From assembly GCA_963761335.1 (NCBI GenBank), contig CAVXGR010000010.1, forward strand, positions 1 to 47,994: 47,994 nucleotides of DNA, in the 5' to 3' direction. Below are positions 19,369 to 29,284 of the stretch, in pieces. Position 1 is the stretch's first letter; each line of letters begins with the position of its first letter. The position numbers were made by a program, and so were the translations under genes. Below the pieces are notes generated by a model. It saw nothing but the letters and a program-made list of their open reading frames with translations. It did not search any database and had not been told where the DNA came from. Source of the stretch: an uncultured delta proteobacterium. GTDB taxonomy: Bacteria > Desulfobacterota > Binatia > HRBIN30 > BPIQ01.

Positions 19369-20367
19369 ATGGCCGATGTCTACCGTATCTACGGCTCCGA
19401 GATGTCTCCCTACTCGGTGAAGGTTCGATCGTATTTCCGCTACAAGGGGATTCCGCACCGCTGGATCGTGCGCAACGCCAAGACGGACGCGGAGTACCAG
19501 AAGTATGCGAAGATCCAGATCGTGCCCCTGGTGGTCACCCCGGAAGAGACGGCTCTGCAGGACTCCACGCCGATCATCGAGCGCATCGAAGCGATTCATC
19601 CGCAGCCGTCGATCTATCCGGCAGAGGCGACCGCCGCCTTCGTCTCGGCCCTGCTCGAAGAGTTCGGCGACGAGTGGGGCAACAAGTGGATGTTCCACTA
19701 CCGCTGGGCCCGCGAGGTCGATCAGCTGAGCTCTGCCGGCCGGCTGGCGGGCGCGATGATGCCGGACGCCGACGAAGAGCGCCACGCGGCGACGACGGCC
19801 ATGGTGCAGGCGCGCATGGTGGACCGCGTCTGGTTCGTCGGCTCGAATGAGCAGAACGCGCCGCAGATCGAAGAGTCGTTCCGCGAGGCGATCGATCTGC
19901 TCGATGCACATCTGTCGCGCCGGCCCTATCTCTTCGGGGCCCGCCCGAGCTTTGGCGACTTCGGCCTCTGGGGGCAGATCTACGAGGCGTGGACCGATCC
20001 GACCGCCGGGGCGCTGATCGAAGGGCGCGGACATCACCTCCTCGCCTGGGTGCAGCGGATGCTGTGGCCGCGGGCCGAGGGGGAGCTCGAGGCGTGGTCG
20101 AGCCTCGAGCCGACGCTGATGCCGCTGCTGCAGCGTCACGTGGGGCGCCTGTTTCTGCCGTGGACGGTTGCCAACGAGGCCGCGATCGCCGCGGGGCAGG
20201 AGGAGTTCACCGTCGAGCTCGACGGCCACGAGTGGACGCAGAAGCCGCAGAAGTATCACGCCAAGTCCCTGCGCGCCCTGCGCGAGAAGTACGCAGCCGT
20301 GGCCGACAAGGCGGCGCTCGACGCCGTCCTCGAGCGCGCCGGCTGTCTCACCGGACTGCGCGCCTGA
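19369..20367 (+). CDS. Glutathione S-transferase family protein
   Basis: SPYSVKVRSYFRYK, VP, QDSTPII, YLFGARPSFGDF. Confidence 0.9.
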   Translation: MADVYRIYGSEMSPYSVKVRSYFRYKGIPHRWIVRNAKTDAEYQKYAKIQIVPLVVTPEETALQDSTPIIERIEAIHPQPSIYPAEATAAFVSALLEEFGDEWGNKWMFHYRWAREVDQLSSAGRLAGAMMPDADEERHAATTAMVQARMVDRVWFVGSNEQNAPQIEESFREAIDLLDAHLSRRPYLFGARPSFGDFGLWGQIYEAWTDPTAGALIEGRGHHLLAWVQRMLWPRAEGELEAWSSLEPTLMPLLQRHVGRLFLPWTVANEAAIAAGQEEFTVELDGHEWTQKPQKYHAKSLRALREKYAAVADKAALDAVLERAGCLTGLRA

Positions 20368-20419
20368 GCCCGCCGCCACCATGGACCCACGGGTGACTCG
20401 CGACAGACGACAGGGCTCG

Positions 20420-20830
20420 ATGCGTCCGGCCTTCCGCACCGCCAGCGCCCTGCTCGGCGGACTCTTCACTCTGCAGGGCATCGGCTGGCTGGTGATTCCG
20501 GAGCGGGCGGCCGCCAGCCTCGGTATGCCGATGCTGGACGGGCTGGCGCGCAGCACCCAGATCGGCGATTTCGCCGCGTTCTTCCTGACGCTGGGCCTGA
20601 CCATCCTCGCCGCCGTCGCCCTCGAGCGCGCCCGGCTCCTCTACTTCCCGGCAGCCTTGCTGGGGAGCGCCGCGGTGAGCCGCAGCATCGCCTGGGCAGC
20701 CCACGGAGCCGCCTTCGCCACCGCCTTCATCCTGGTGGAGATCGCCGCAAGTCTCTTTCTGCTCGCCGCCGCCCGCTCGGCGATCGAGGGCCGGCACGAG
20801 CTGCGACCTGCCAGCGACACGGCACTCTGA
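20420..20830 (+). CDS. Small four-TM membrane protein (DUF4345-like)
   Basis: Four hydrophobic segments; co-oriented between GST and DsbA-like genes; start may be 20381. Confidence 0.7.
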   Translation: MRPAFRTASALLGGLFTLQGIGWLVIPERAAASLGMPMLDGLARSTQIGDFAAFFLTLGLTILAAVALERARLLYFPAALLGSAAVSRSIAWAAHGAAFATAFILVEIAASLFLLAAARSAIEGRHELRPASDTAL

Positions 20831-20842
20831 GAGCGGCGCATC

Positions 20843-22189
20843 GTGGCCAGCCTGCCGCGCCGCATTGCACCGCTGATCGTCGCGGCGCTCACCAGTCGCC
20901 GTACCCGCGAGGCGCGGCGCTGGCTCGCCGAGCGGCGCCGGCGACTGCGCCGCGAAGCGCACCGGGTGCGCTACTTCCACCAGGTGGACGATCCGTACAG
21001 CCATCTCGCCGCCCAGGTGCTCGGCCAGCTGGCGGCGCGCTACGACGTCGAGATCGAGCCCCATCTGGTCGGACCGCCTCCCGATGCAGCGGCTCCCGAG
21101 CGCCATCTCCTCGAGGCCTTCGCTCGCAAGGACGCCGCCGACGTCGCTCCCGGCTATGGGCTCGAATTCCCGCGGCGTCAGGCGCCGCCGGCCGCAGCGC
21201 TGGTCGAGATGACATCGCGCCTCCTGACCGGCGCCATCGCCGCCGGGAGATTCACCGAGGTGGCGGCGAGCGCCGGTGGTGGGCTCTGGGACGGGGACGC
21301 CGGCCGCCTCGAGGATCTGGCGCGCGCCACGCCGCCGGCCGATCCGGCGGCAACGCGAAAGGCCCTCGAGACGGGCAGCGCCCTGCGCCGGCGGCTGGGC
21401 CACTACCTCGGGGCGATGCTGCACTACGGCGGCGAATGGTACTGGGGAGTCGACCGCCTCTGGCACCTCGAGCGCCGCCTCCGCTCCCTCGGCGCATTGC
21501 GCCCCGGCGCCGGGACGGCCCCGATCGTTCGCAGGCCCGACTTCGGCGATCAACCCGTGGCGCCCGGGGCGCGGCGCCTGACGCTCGAGTTCTACCCGTC
21601 GCTGCGGAGCCCATACACCTACATCGCCATGGAACGGGTCTACGCCCTGCCCCATCGGTATCCGCTCGATCTGCGGCTCCGGCCGGTGCTGCCGATGGTG
21701 ATGCGCGGCCTCCCGGTGCCGAGCGCCAAGCGCATGTACATCACGCTCGACACGGCGCGCGAGGCGGAGGACGTCGGCGTGCCTTTCGGGCGAGTCTGCG
21801 ACCCCGTGGGCCGGCCCGTGGAGCGCGCCTTCTCTCTCTTTGCCTGGGCCCGGGACCGGGGTCGCGCCGCGGAGCTTCTGCTCTCCTTCGCCCGAGCGGC
21901 CTTTGCCGAAGGCATCGACACGGGCGAGGACGCCGGTCTGCGGCGCGTCGTCGAACGCATCGGGCTCTCCTGGACGGAGGCGCGTTCGCACCTCGACCGC
22001 GACGGTTGGCGCGCCGAGCTCGAAGAGAACCGCGAGGCACTGCTCGCCATGGGTCTCTGGGGCGTGCCCAGCTTCCGCCTGTGCGGGGAGAGCGGCGAGG
22101 CGGATTTCTGCACCTGGGGCCAGGACCGCATCTGGCGCCTCGAGCAAGAGATACGGACACGCCTCGGCGAATCGCCGCCGCACCGGTAG
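20843..22189 (+). CDS. DsbA/HCCA-isomerase (kappa-GST)-like protein with tandem domains
   Basis: Two repeats: YFHQVDDPYS...WYWGVDRL and FYPSLRSPYT...GLWGVPSF...WGQDRI. Confidence 0.85.
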   Translation: MASLPRRIAPLIVAALTSRRTREARRWLAERRRRLRREAHRVRYFHQVDDPYSHLAAQVLGQLAARYDVEIEPHLVGPPPDAAAPERHLLEAFARKDAADVAPGYGLEFPRRQAPPAAALVEMTSRLLTGAIAAGRFTEVAASAGGGLWDGDAGRLEDLARATPPADPAATRKALETGSALRRRLGHYLGAMLHYGGEWYWGVDRLWHLERRLRSLGALRPGAGTAPIVRRPDFGDQPVAPGARRLTLEFYPSLRSPYTYIAMERVYALPHRYPLDLRLRPVLPMVMRGLPVPSAKRMYITLDTAREAEDVGVPFGRVCDPVGRPVERAFSLFAWARDRGRAAELLLSFARAAFAEGIDTGEDAGLRRVVERIGLSWTEARSHLDRDGWRAELEENREALLAMGLWGVPSFRLCGESGEADFCTWGQDRIWRLEQEIRTRLGESPPHR

Positions 22190-22216
22190 ACTGGGAGCGC
22201 CACCCGTCCGCGGCGA

Positions 22217-22244
22217 TGTCGATATTGCCGGACCCTCGTTCGTC
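22217..22244 (+). promoter_or_regulatory. ECF42-type autoregulatory promoter
   Basis: TGTCGA (-35, 22217-22222) and CGTC (-10, 22241-22244) upstream of the YciI gene, matching the ECF42 motif. Confidence 0.7.
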
Positions 22245-22287
22245 ATGGGAGTAGAGCGACGGGAGCGGAAACGCAGAGGAGAGCCAT

Positions 22288-22629
22288 ATGAAATACATGT
22301 TGCTGATCTACGAGGATGATGCCGACCGGGTGACCAACATGGACGACCGCATGCCGACCTGCGCCGCCTACGCGCAGGCGATGATCAAGGCGGGAATCTA
22401 CGTGAGCGGCGAACGCCTGCGTGGCATCACCTCGGCGACCACGGTGCGCGTGGACGGCGGCAAGAGCCGCGTGGTCGACGGACCATATGCCGAAGCCAAG
22501 GAACAGCTCGGCGGCTACCACATCATCGACGTGCCCGATCTCGACACCGCCCTGGCGTGGGCGGCCCGCTGCCCGAGCGCCAGCCGCGGCGCCGTCGAGG
22601 TCCGCCCGGTCTGGCCGACGCAGCTCTAG
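22288..22629 (+). CDS. YciI/DGPF family protein
   Basis: MKYMLLIY, DGPYAEAKEQLGGY, VEVRPV. Confidence 0.93.
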   Translation: MKYMLLIYEDDADRVTNMDDRMPTCAAYAQAMIKAGIYVSGERLRGITSATTVRVDGGKSRVVDGPYAEAKEQLGGYHIIDVPDLDTALAWAARCPSASRGAVEVRPVWPTQL

Positions 22630-22636
22630 CCCGTCG

Positions 22637-23902
22637 ATGGCGCCAGCGGCCGACGAAACGGTCCGCGACGCCGCCGAAGCGGTCGCCCGGCGCAGCTACG
22701 GCAAGCTGGTGGCCATGCTGGCGGCGCGCACGGGAGACGTCGCCGGCGCCGAGGACGCGCTGGCCGACGCCTTCGCGGCGGCGCTCGTCGACTGGCCCAG
22801 CGCCGGCGTTCCCGCGAATCCCGAGGCCTGGCTGATGACGGTGGCTCGGCGCCGGCAGATCGACGCGGCGCGGCGCCGCCGCAGCCGCACGGACGCGGCC
22901 GGTCATCTGCAGCTCATGGCCGAGGAGATCGAGGCTGCGGCGGCGAGCGATACCGGCATGCCGGACGAGCGGCTCGCCCTGATGTTCGCCTGCGCCCATC
23001 CCGCGATCGCCCCCGCCATCCGCGCGCCGCTGATCCTGCAGACCATCCTGGGATTCGATGCCGCCGCCATCGGCTCGGCCTTTCTCGTGTCGCCATCGAC
23101 CATGGCCCAGCGGTTGGTGCGCGCCAAGAGCAAGATCCGGGAGGCCGGGATCCCCTTCCAGGTTCCCGAGCGCAGCGAGCTGGCGGGCCGCCTGGAGGCG
23201 GTGCTGGAGGCGATCTATGCCGCCTTCGCCGAAGGTTGGTCCGACGCCGCGGGCACGGAGGCGCGCCGCCGCAATCTCGCCGAGGAGGCGATCTGGCTGG
23301 GTCGGCTGGTGGTCTCGCTCCTGCCGGGTGAAGCCGAGGCCCTCGGCCTGCTCTCGCTGATGCTCTACGCGCAGGCGAGGCGCGAGGCGCGGCGCGACGC
23401 GCAGGGCGAATACGTCCCGCTCGCCGACCAGGATCCGGCTGCCTGGGACGGGGCGCTGATCGAGGAGGCGGAGAGCCTGCTCTCGCGGGCGAGCGGTATG
23501 CCCGGCAGCGGGCGCTACCAGCTGGAAGCGGCGGTGCAGTCGGCGCACGTCGTTCGCCGCCGCACCGGCCACGCCGACTGGGCGGCGATCGAGCTGATCT
23601 ACGACGCCCTCCTGGCGATGACCGGCTCGCCGGTCGTGGCCATCAACCGCGCCGTCGCCGTGGCCGAGACGCGCGGAGCGGCCGCCGGGCTCGAGGCGCT
23701 GGCAGCGCTCACGAACGACTCTCGGCTCGATAGCTATCAGCCCTACTGGGCGGCGCGCGCGGAGCTGCTGTCCCAGACCGGTGAGGTCCAAGCCGCCCTC
23801 GCCGCCTACGATCGCGCCATCGGCCTGGAAGCCGACGCCGCCGTGCGTCGCTTCCTGCAACGGCGCCGCGCAGCATCCGCCCGCGCCCCTCTGGGGCGCT
23901 GA
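22637..23902 (+). CDS. ECF sigma factor with C-terminal DUF6596/TPR extension (ECF42)
   Basis: AEDALADAF, P.NPEAWL, DERLALMFACAHP, QRLVRAK, YQLEAA, follows DGPF gene. Confidence 0.9.
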   Translation: MAPAADETVRDAAEAVARRSYGKLVAMLAARTGDVAGAEDALADAFAAALVDWPSAGVPANPEAWLMTVARRRQIDAARRRRSRTDAAGHLQLMAEEIEAAAASDTGMPDERLALMFACAHPAIAPAIRAPLILQTILGFDAAAIGSAFLVSPSTMAQRLVRAKSKIREAGIPFQVPERSELAGRLEAVLEAIYAAFAEGWSDAAGTEARRRNLAEEAIWLGRLVVSLLPGEAEALGLLSLMLYAQARREARRDAQGEYVPLADQDPAAWDGALIEEAESLLSRASGMPGSGRYQLEAAVQSAHVVRRRTGHADWAAIELIYDALLAMTGSPVVAINRAVAVAETRGAAAGLEALAALTNDSRLDSYQPYWAARAELLSQTGEVQAALAAYDRAIGLEADAAVRRFLQRRRAASARAPLGR

Positions 23903-23970
23903 TCGGGGCCGGCTGGCTTGAGTTGACGCGAACACCGGTATAGAAGCTGCGCTCGAGGGGAAGGTAATTG

Positions 23971-24948
23971 ATGAGGAATTTGCGTTATCGTCTCTCCACA
24001 GCGTCACTTTCGACGTTCACCGGCGTTCTCTTGATCGCCACTACCCTGCTCGCCGGCGCGACGCGCAGCGAGGCTCAGATCTACTGGTCGAACCTGGACA
24101 ACGGCTTTGGCACGACGCTCGGTCGCGCCAGCGTGAACGGCATCGTCGCGCCGCCGAGCTTCATCACCGGAGCCGAAGCCCCCTGCGGCGTCGCCGTGGA
24201 TCGGGCACACGTGTACTGGTCCAACTACGCCCCCTTCGGCATTCCTCGCATCGGGCGGGCGAACCTCGACGGCTCCTCCGTGAACCAGTCCTTCTTCGTG
24301 ACCGGAGGCCCGGTCACCTGCGGGGTCGCGGTGGACGGCGCACACGTTTACTGGGCGAACACCGGATTCGTCGCCACCGGCACCTCGATCGGGCGCGCCA
24401 ACATCGACGGCACCGGCGTGTTCACCAACTTCATCAACGGCGCCAGCGGTCCCTGCGGCGTCGCCGTCGACAACAACTACATCTACTGGGCAAACAACGC
24501 CATCGGAACCATCGGACGCGCCGATCTCGCCGGCGGCTCGATCGATCAGTACTTCATTCCCACTGCCGGCCCCGCGCCCTGCGGCGTCGCCGTCGACCAG
24601 GGACACATCTACTGGGCGAACGCCTTTGGCGGCACCACCATCGGCCGCGCCAACATCGACGGCACCGACATCCGCAACGACTTCATCGGCGACCTGCTCT
24701 CTCCATGCGGCGTGGCCGTCGGCGACGGGCACGTCTACTGGGCGAACAGCTCCGGCGCGACCATCGGGCGCGCCGACATCGACGGCGACAACGTCGACAA
24801 CGCCTTCGTCGGCACCAGCTCGAGCCCGTGCGGAGTTGCCATTCACGCCCCGCTGCCGGCGCCGGCGCTCTCGCCTTCGGGGCTGCTGCTCGCCGTGCTG
24901 GCGCTGCTGGGTATCAGCGCGGTTCCGCTTCTGCGGCGCCGACGATAA
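23971..24948 (+). CDS. Secreted beta-propeller (YWxN repeats) with IPTL-CTERM-like sorting tail
   Basis: Signal peptide; six PCGVAVD..HVYWAN....IGRANxDG repeats; PAPALSPSGLLL-TM-RRRR tail. Confidence 0.85.
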   Translation: MRNLRYRLSTASLSTFTGVLLIATTLLAGATRSEAQIYWSNLDNGFGTTLGRASVNGIVAPPSFITGAEAPCGVAVDRAHVYWSNYAPFGIPRIGRANLDGSSVNQSFFVTGGPVTCGVAVDGAHVYWANTGFVATGTSIGRANIDGTGVFTNFINGASGPCGVAVDNNYIYWANNAIGTIGRADLAGGSIDQYFIPTAGPAPCGVAVDQGHIYWANAFGGTTIGRANIDGTDIRNDFIGDLLSPCGVAVGDGHVYWANSSGATIGRADIDGDNVDNAFVGTSSSPCGVAIHAPLPAPALSPSGLLLAVLALLGISAVPLLRRRR

Positions 24949-24958
24949 ACACGAGAAG

Positions 24959-26200
24959 TCACGCCGACTCCCCCGCCGCCGCCTCGAGGGAGAGGCCGCG
25001 CGTCTCGTCGACGAAGGCGCCGAAGATGAGAACGGCGGGGACAGCGAGCAGCGCCAGGTAGCCGACCACCACCGAAAGGCCGCCCATCGGCCCCGAGGTG
25101 ACGGCAATCACCGCCTGTGAGATCACCGAGCCAAATGCGGTCATCAGGGCGAACCAGCCGATCATGGTGCCGCGCAGCGCCGTCGGGAAAAGCTCGGTGG
25201 CGGCGGAGTTGCCGCCGACCATGGCGGCATTGCCGGCGGCGTTGAACCAGAAGAAGCCGGCGCCGAGCCAGAGAGCGGGATGGTTGAAGCCCGCCGGCGG
25301 CCCCCAGTAGAACCAGAGGACTCCCACGGCTACCGAGAGACCGAAGCCGACTACGGTCGGCACGCGGCCGAAGCGATCCGCCGTCCACGCCCCGGCGGGA
25401 AAGCCGGCGAGCGCCAGACCGCCGCCGATGATGATCATGGCGCTGGTGACACTCGAGGAGAGGCCGACGACGGAGACGGCGTGAAAGTAGCTCCAGCCGC
25501 TGGCGGCGGTGGCGGCGATGGTGGAGAGGAGAAGGCTCACCAGAATCGGAACCGACCGCCGCCGATAACGAGGGGCGAAGACACCGTAGAAGGTGCCCTC
25601 GCGGGTGGCGCCGCGCGCCGCGGCCTCCTGCCACCGCTGGCTCTCGGGCAGGGTGCGCGCCATCGCCGGCACCGACACCAACCACACCGACGAGAGCACC
25701 AGCAGCCAGCGCCAAGACCAGCCGGCGCGGTCGAGCAGCGGCATGAGGAAGACGCAGACGCCCGAGCCCAAGGCCATCGCCAGGCCGCCGAGGCTCTGGC
25801 CGCGCGCCCGCTGGCCGACCGGCAGCTCCTCCGCCAACATGACCACCGAGCCGGCGACCGTGGCGCCGATACAGGCGTAGAGGCCGATCTCGAAGAACGC
25901 GAAGAACAGCATGCTCAAGGAGACCGCCGCACCGAGAGCGCAGAGCGGCGTCATCACCATGCATCCGAGCAGGATGCGCCGGCGGCCGATGCGGTCGGCG
26001 AGGCGCGACAGCACCAGTGCACCGATCGCCGATATCGAGATCCAGGCGTAGAGACCGGCAATTCCCGACTCGCCCAGGCCGAAGCTGCGCGCGATCCACG
26101 GGGCGGCCACGCCGTTGATGGCCATGGTGAAGCCCTGGTAGGCCATCATCGCCGCGATGGAGATCATGGCGCGGCGGGCGCGACTGCGCGACACGCTCAT
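24959..26200 (-). CDS. MFS transporter
   Basis: LADRIGRR motif A, ADRFGR, ELFPTALRG, about 12 TM helices. Confidence 0.92.
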   Translation of the reverse strand: MSVSRSRARRAMISIAAMMAYQGFTMAINGVAAPWIARSFGLGESGIAGLYAWISISAIGALVLSRLADRIGRRRILLGCMVMTPLCALGAAVSLSMLFFAFFEIGLYACIGATVAGSVVMLAEELPVGQRARGQSLGGLAMALGSGVCVFLMPLLDRAGWSWRWLLVLSSVWLVSVPAMARTLPESQRWQEAAARGATREGTFYGVFAPRYRRRSVPILVSLLLSTIAATAASGWSYFHAVSVVGLSSSVTSAMIIIGGGLALAGFPAGAWTADRFGRVPTVVGFGLSVAVGVLWFYWGPPAGFNHPALWLGAGFFWFNAAGNAAMVGGNSAATELFPTALRGTMIGWFALMTAFGSVISQAVIAVTSGPMGGLSVVVGYLALLAVPAVLIFGAFVDETRGLSLEAAAGESA

Positions 26201-26820
26201 CGGCGCGGCTTCACGGCTGTGGTGATCACCGGCGGCAGGAGAAATCCGGGCAGGCGGAAGATGCGCCGCTGGCTCTCGACCCGTAAGCCGGCGGCCTCGA
26301 CGCGCTGGCGCATCTGCGCCGACGTCGGCCAGTAGAACGGCTCACCGAGCAGTCGCGAAGCCGCGTGGAAGACGTCGCCGACCAGCGATACGGGCGGGTT
26401 GACCAGGGCGACCAGGAGGCGCCCCTCGGGCGCCAGAACGCGGAAGATCTCCGCCAAGGCCGCCTGCTGGTCGGGAAACCAGTGAAAGGACTCCGTCGAG
26501 GTGACGACGTCGAAGCGGCGATCGGCGAACGGCAGGTGCATGGCGTCGCCCTGCACCCACTCCACCGCGCTCGAACGCCGGGTGGCATGCTGCAGCATTC
26601 CGTGAGAGAAGTCGCAGCCGACCAACACCGCCCGCGGAAACTGCCGCTGCAGCCGGGCGGTGAGCTGGCCGGTGCCGCAGCCGATGTCGAGAAGACGCCG
26701 CGGCTTGGATCCGTGCAGGCCGCGGAGAACGGCCTCGTGCACCGGCCAATAGGTGGCGCGCTGTACCGGCGGCAGATCGTAGATCCGCGACCAGGCGTCG
26801 AAGAACCAGTGGCTGGCCAT
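26197..26820 (-). CDS. Class I SAM-dependent methyltransferase
   Basis: LLDIGCGTG, GDAMHLPF, FDVV, RVLAPEG. Confidence 0.9.
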   Translation of the reverse strand: MASHWFFDAWSRIYDLPPVQRATYWPVHEAVLRGLHGSKPRRLLDIGCGTGQLTARLQRQFPRAVLVGCDFSHGMLQHATRRSSAVEWVQGDAMHLPFADRRFDVVTSTESFHWFPDQQAALAEIFRVLAPEGRLLVALVNPPVSLVGDVFHAASRLLGEPFYWPTSAQMRQRVEAAGLRVESQRRIFRLPGFLLPPVITTAVKPRR

Positions 26821-26834
26821 GCACCGCTTGCCGA

Positions 26835-28007
26835 TCAGAGGGCCGGAGGAGGAGCGGGATCCGCCATGTGGTACATCTTGAGCCAGTTGTCCCAGAGGAT
26901 CTTGCGCTTCGAGCTCTCCGCCAGCGGCAGCCGCAGGAAGGCCTCCACGGCGTGGGGATACTTCGAATCGGCGTGCGGATAGTCGGTGGAGAAGACCAAG
27001 TTGTCGTCGCCGAACCACTCGATGTACTGCGGCACGGTCGCCTCGTCCGCCTCGACCGAGAGATAACAGTTGCGGCGAAAGTACTCCGACGGCTTGTGCT
27101 TCAGCTCCGGCGCCTCGAAGTGGCCGACCCACTCGAAGTGCTCGTCGAGCCGGTGCAGCAGCCACGGCGCCCACGAGCAGTTGCCTTCGAGCAGCGCCGC
27201 ACGCAAGCGGGGAAAGCGCTCGAAGACGCCGCCGGCCGTCAGGCTGACGCAGGTGGCCATCATGCCCAGCGGCTGGTTGAAGGTGTGCCACATCATCAGC
27301 TTGTCCAGCACCTCGAGCGAGAAGTCGGGGCGCAGGAAGGTCTGCCCGCCGCCGTGGAAGGCGACGGTGATGTCGAGGTCCTGGCAGACGGCCCACAGCG
27401 GATCGTAATCGGCGTGATGCCACGGGCGGCGATTGACGCACCCGGGCGCCAGGAACACGGCCCGGAAGTCGAGCTGCTCGACGCAGCGACGGATCTCGGC
27501 GACTGCCGCACCGACGTCGTGCGGCGCCACCATGCCGGCGCCCAGCATCCGGCGCGGATCGGTGCTGCGGAAATCCGCCAGCCAGTCGTTGTAGGCGCGG
27601 GCGATGGCCGCGGCGAAGGGCGGCTCGAGCCCGTCGGCGCCGATCACCTGAGGCGTGTCGATGCCGAGGACGAACAGGCCGCGGCTGGGGAAGAGAACCG
27701 CGAGATCCAGTCCCTCGCGATCCATCGCCTCGAGCTGCGAGATGGCGTCCCAGCCGCGCGCCTCCGGGGCGGCAAACACGTCCTCGTGCTCGGCGCGCCA
27801 GGCGTTGCCGGTGCGGCTCACCGGCCGCACCGCGCCGATGCGCAGCATGACGTGAGACTTGACGCGCACGCGCATGTCGCGCCGCATCTCGTCGAGGCCG
27901 ACCGGAGCCGCGTGCCGGTAGGCCGGATCGATGTACCGCTGCCAGAGATCCGGCGGCTCCATGACGTGCATGTCGCTATCCGCCACTCTGAATCCGTTGG
28001 TCGCCAT
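26835..28007 (-). CDS. Amidohydrolase family protein (Amidohydro_2)
   Basis: DSDMHVMEP, ARAYNDW, FH, FSTDYPHAD. Confidence 0.92.
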   Translation of the reverse strand: MATNGFRVADSDMHVMEPPDLWQRYIDPAYRHAAPVGLDEMRRDMRVRVKSHVMLRIGAVRPVSRTGNAWRAEHEDVFAAPEARGWDAISQLEAMDREGLDLAVLFPSRGLFVLGIDTPQVIGADGLEPPFAAAIARAYNDWLADFRSTDPRRMLGAGMVAPHDVGAAVAEIRRCVEQLDFRAVFLAPGCVNRRPWHHADYDPLWAVCQDLDITVAFHGGGQTFLRPDFSLEVLDKLMMWHTFNQPLGMMATCVSLTAGGVFERFPRLRAALLEGNCSWAPWLLHRLDEHFEWVGHFEAPELKHKPSEYFRRNCYLSVEADEATVPQYIEWFGDDNLVFSTDYPHADSKYPHAVEAFLRLPLAESSKRKILWDNWLKMYHMADPAPPPAL

Positions 28008-28055
28008 GGCTCCGCCTTCTTCGCTGGCGAGTATGTCGGATGCCCGTGTCCCGAC

Positions 28056-28109
28056 GCAAGGAGACGAGGTGTTGGGTGTTCCTCAACCCCCAACACCTCG
28101 TCTCCTTGC
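28056..28109. repeat. 21-bp perfect inverted repeat in divergent intergenic region
   Basis: GCAAGGAGACGAGGTGTTGGG-N12-CCCAACACCTCGTCTCCTTGC. Confidence 0.85.
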
Positions 28110-28146
28110 CTCCACGCACGGCGCTCCTTCATACTCCGGGCGAGTC

Positions 28147-29280
28147 ATGGAGCAGCGCTACACTCTCTTCGGCATGGACGTCTCCTACTTCACGGGAAAG
28201 CTCGAGGCCTACCTGCGCTACAAGGAGATTCCCTACGAGCGGGTCGACGTCACCTGGGGCACCTTGCTGCGGGTGATCCGCCGGCAGACGGGGGTGATGA
28301 AGGTGCCGGTGGTGCGCACGCCGGAGGGGCTGTGGCTGCAGGACTCGACGCCGATGATCGATTGGTTCGAGGAGCGCTTCCCCGCCGGCCGGGTTCTGCC
28401 CGAGGACCCGTTCCTCGCCTTCTTCTGCCGGCTGCTCGAGGACTACGCCGACGAGTGGATGTGGCGTCCGGCGCTGCACTACCGCTGGAGCTACCGCCGC
28501 GACTCGCGGCTGCTCGGCGACCGCATTGCCGCCGAGGTGATGTCCGACCTCCCCCTGCCCCACTTCGCGCGCGCCCGCATGATCCGCCGGCGCCAGTACC
28601 GCGAGTACGTGCGCGGCGACGGGGTCACGCCCGAGACCCGCGGGCACGTCGAGGAGACCTATACGTCCGCCCTGGCCCACCTCGAGTCGATCCTGTCGCA
28701 TCAGCCGTTCCTGATCGGCGGCCGGCCCTGCCTCGCCGACTTCGGCTTCTTCGGCTCGATGTTCCGCCACTTCAGCCTCGACCCGACGCCGTCGCGCATC
28801 ATGCGCGATCACGCCCCGGCCGTGTATGCCTGGGTGGCGCGCCTGTGGAATGCCCGGCATTCGCAGATCCAAGCCGACTGGCCCGAGGCCGGCCACATGC
28901 CGCACGGCTGGGAGCCGCTGGTGCGCGACCTGGGCGAGTCGTACCTTCCCTACCTGCACGCCAACGCCGTCGCCTGGCGCAATCGCGCCGCACACTTCGA
29001 CGTGCAGATTCAGAGAGTGCTCTACCGCCAGCTGCCGGTGGTGCCGTATCGCGTCTGGTGCCGCGAGCGGCTGCAGGAGCACTTTCGTTCGCTGCCGGAG
29101 GAGGTTCGCGGGCGCGTCCAGGAGGAGCTCGAGGAGCACGGCGCCTGGCAGCCGCTGTGGAGCGACGGGGTCATCGCCTCGCATCTCCACGACGGCCGCA
29201 CGCCTCCGGTGTGCGCGCCCGTCAAGGGGGGCGTGCGGCGCACGCTCGCCGCGCTGCGCGTCTCGCCGTGGAGAGGATGA
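28147..29280 (+). CDS. Glutathione S-transferase family protein
   Basis: SYFTGKLEAYLRYK, VP, QDSTPMI, EDYADEW, FLIGGRPCLADF. Confidence 0.9.
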   Translation: MEQRYTLFGMDVSYFTGKLEAYLRYKEIPYERVDVTWGTLLRVIRRQTGVMKVPVVRTPEGLWLQDSTPMIDWFEERFPAGRVLPEDPFLAFFCRLLEDYADEWMWRPALHYRWSYRRDSRLLGDRIAAEVMSDLPLPHFARARMIRRRQYREYVRGDGVTPETRGHVEETYTSALAHLESILSHQPFLIGGRPCLADFGFFGSMFRHFSLDPTPSRIMRDHAPAVYAWVARLWNARHSQIQADWPEAGHMPHGWEPLVRDLGESYLPYLHANAVAWRNRAAHFDVQIQRVLYRQLPVVPYRVWCRERLQEHFRSLPEEVRGRVQEELEEHGAWQPLWSDGVIASHLHDGRTPPVCAPVKGGVRRTLAALRVSPWRG

Positions 29281-29284
29281 AGCG

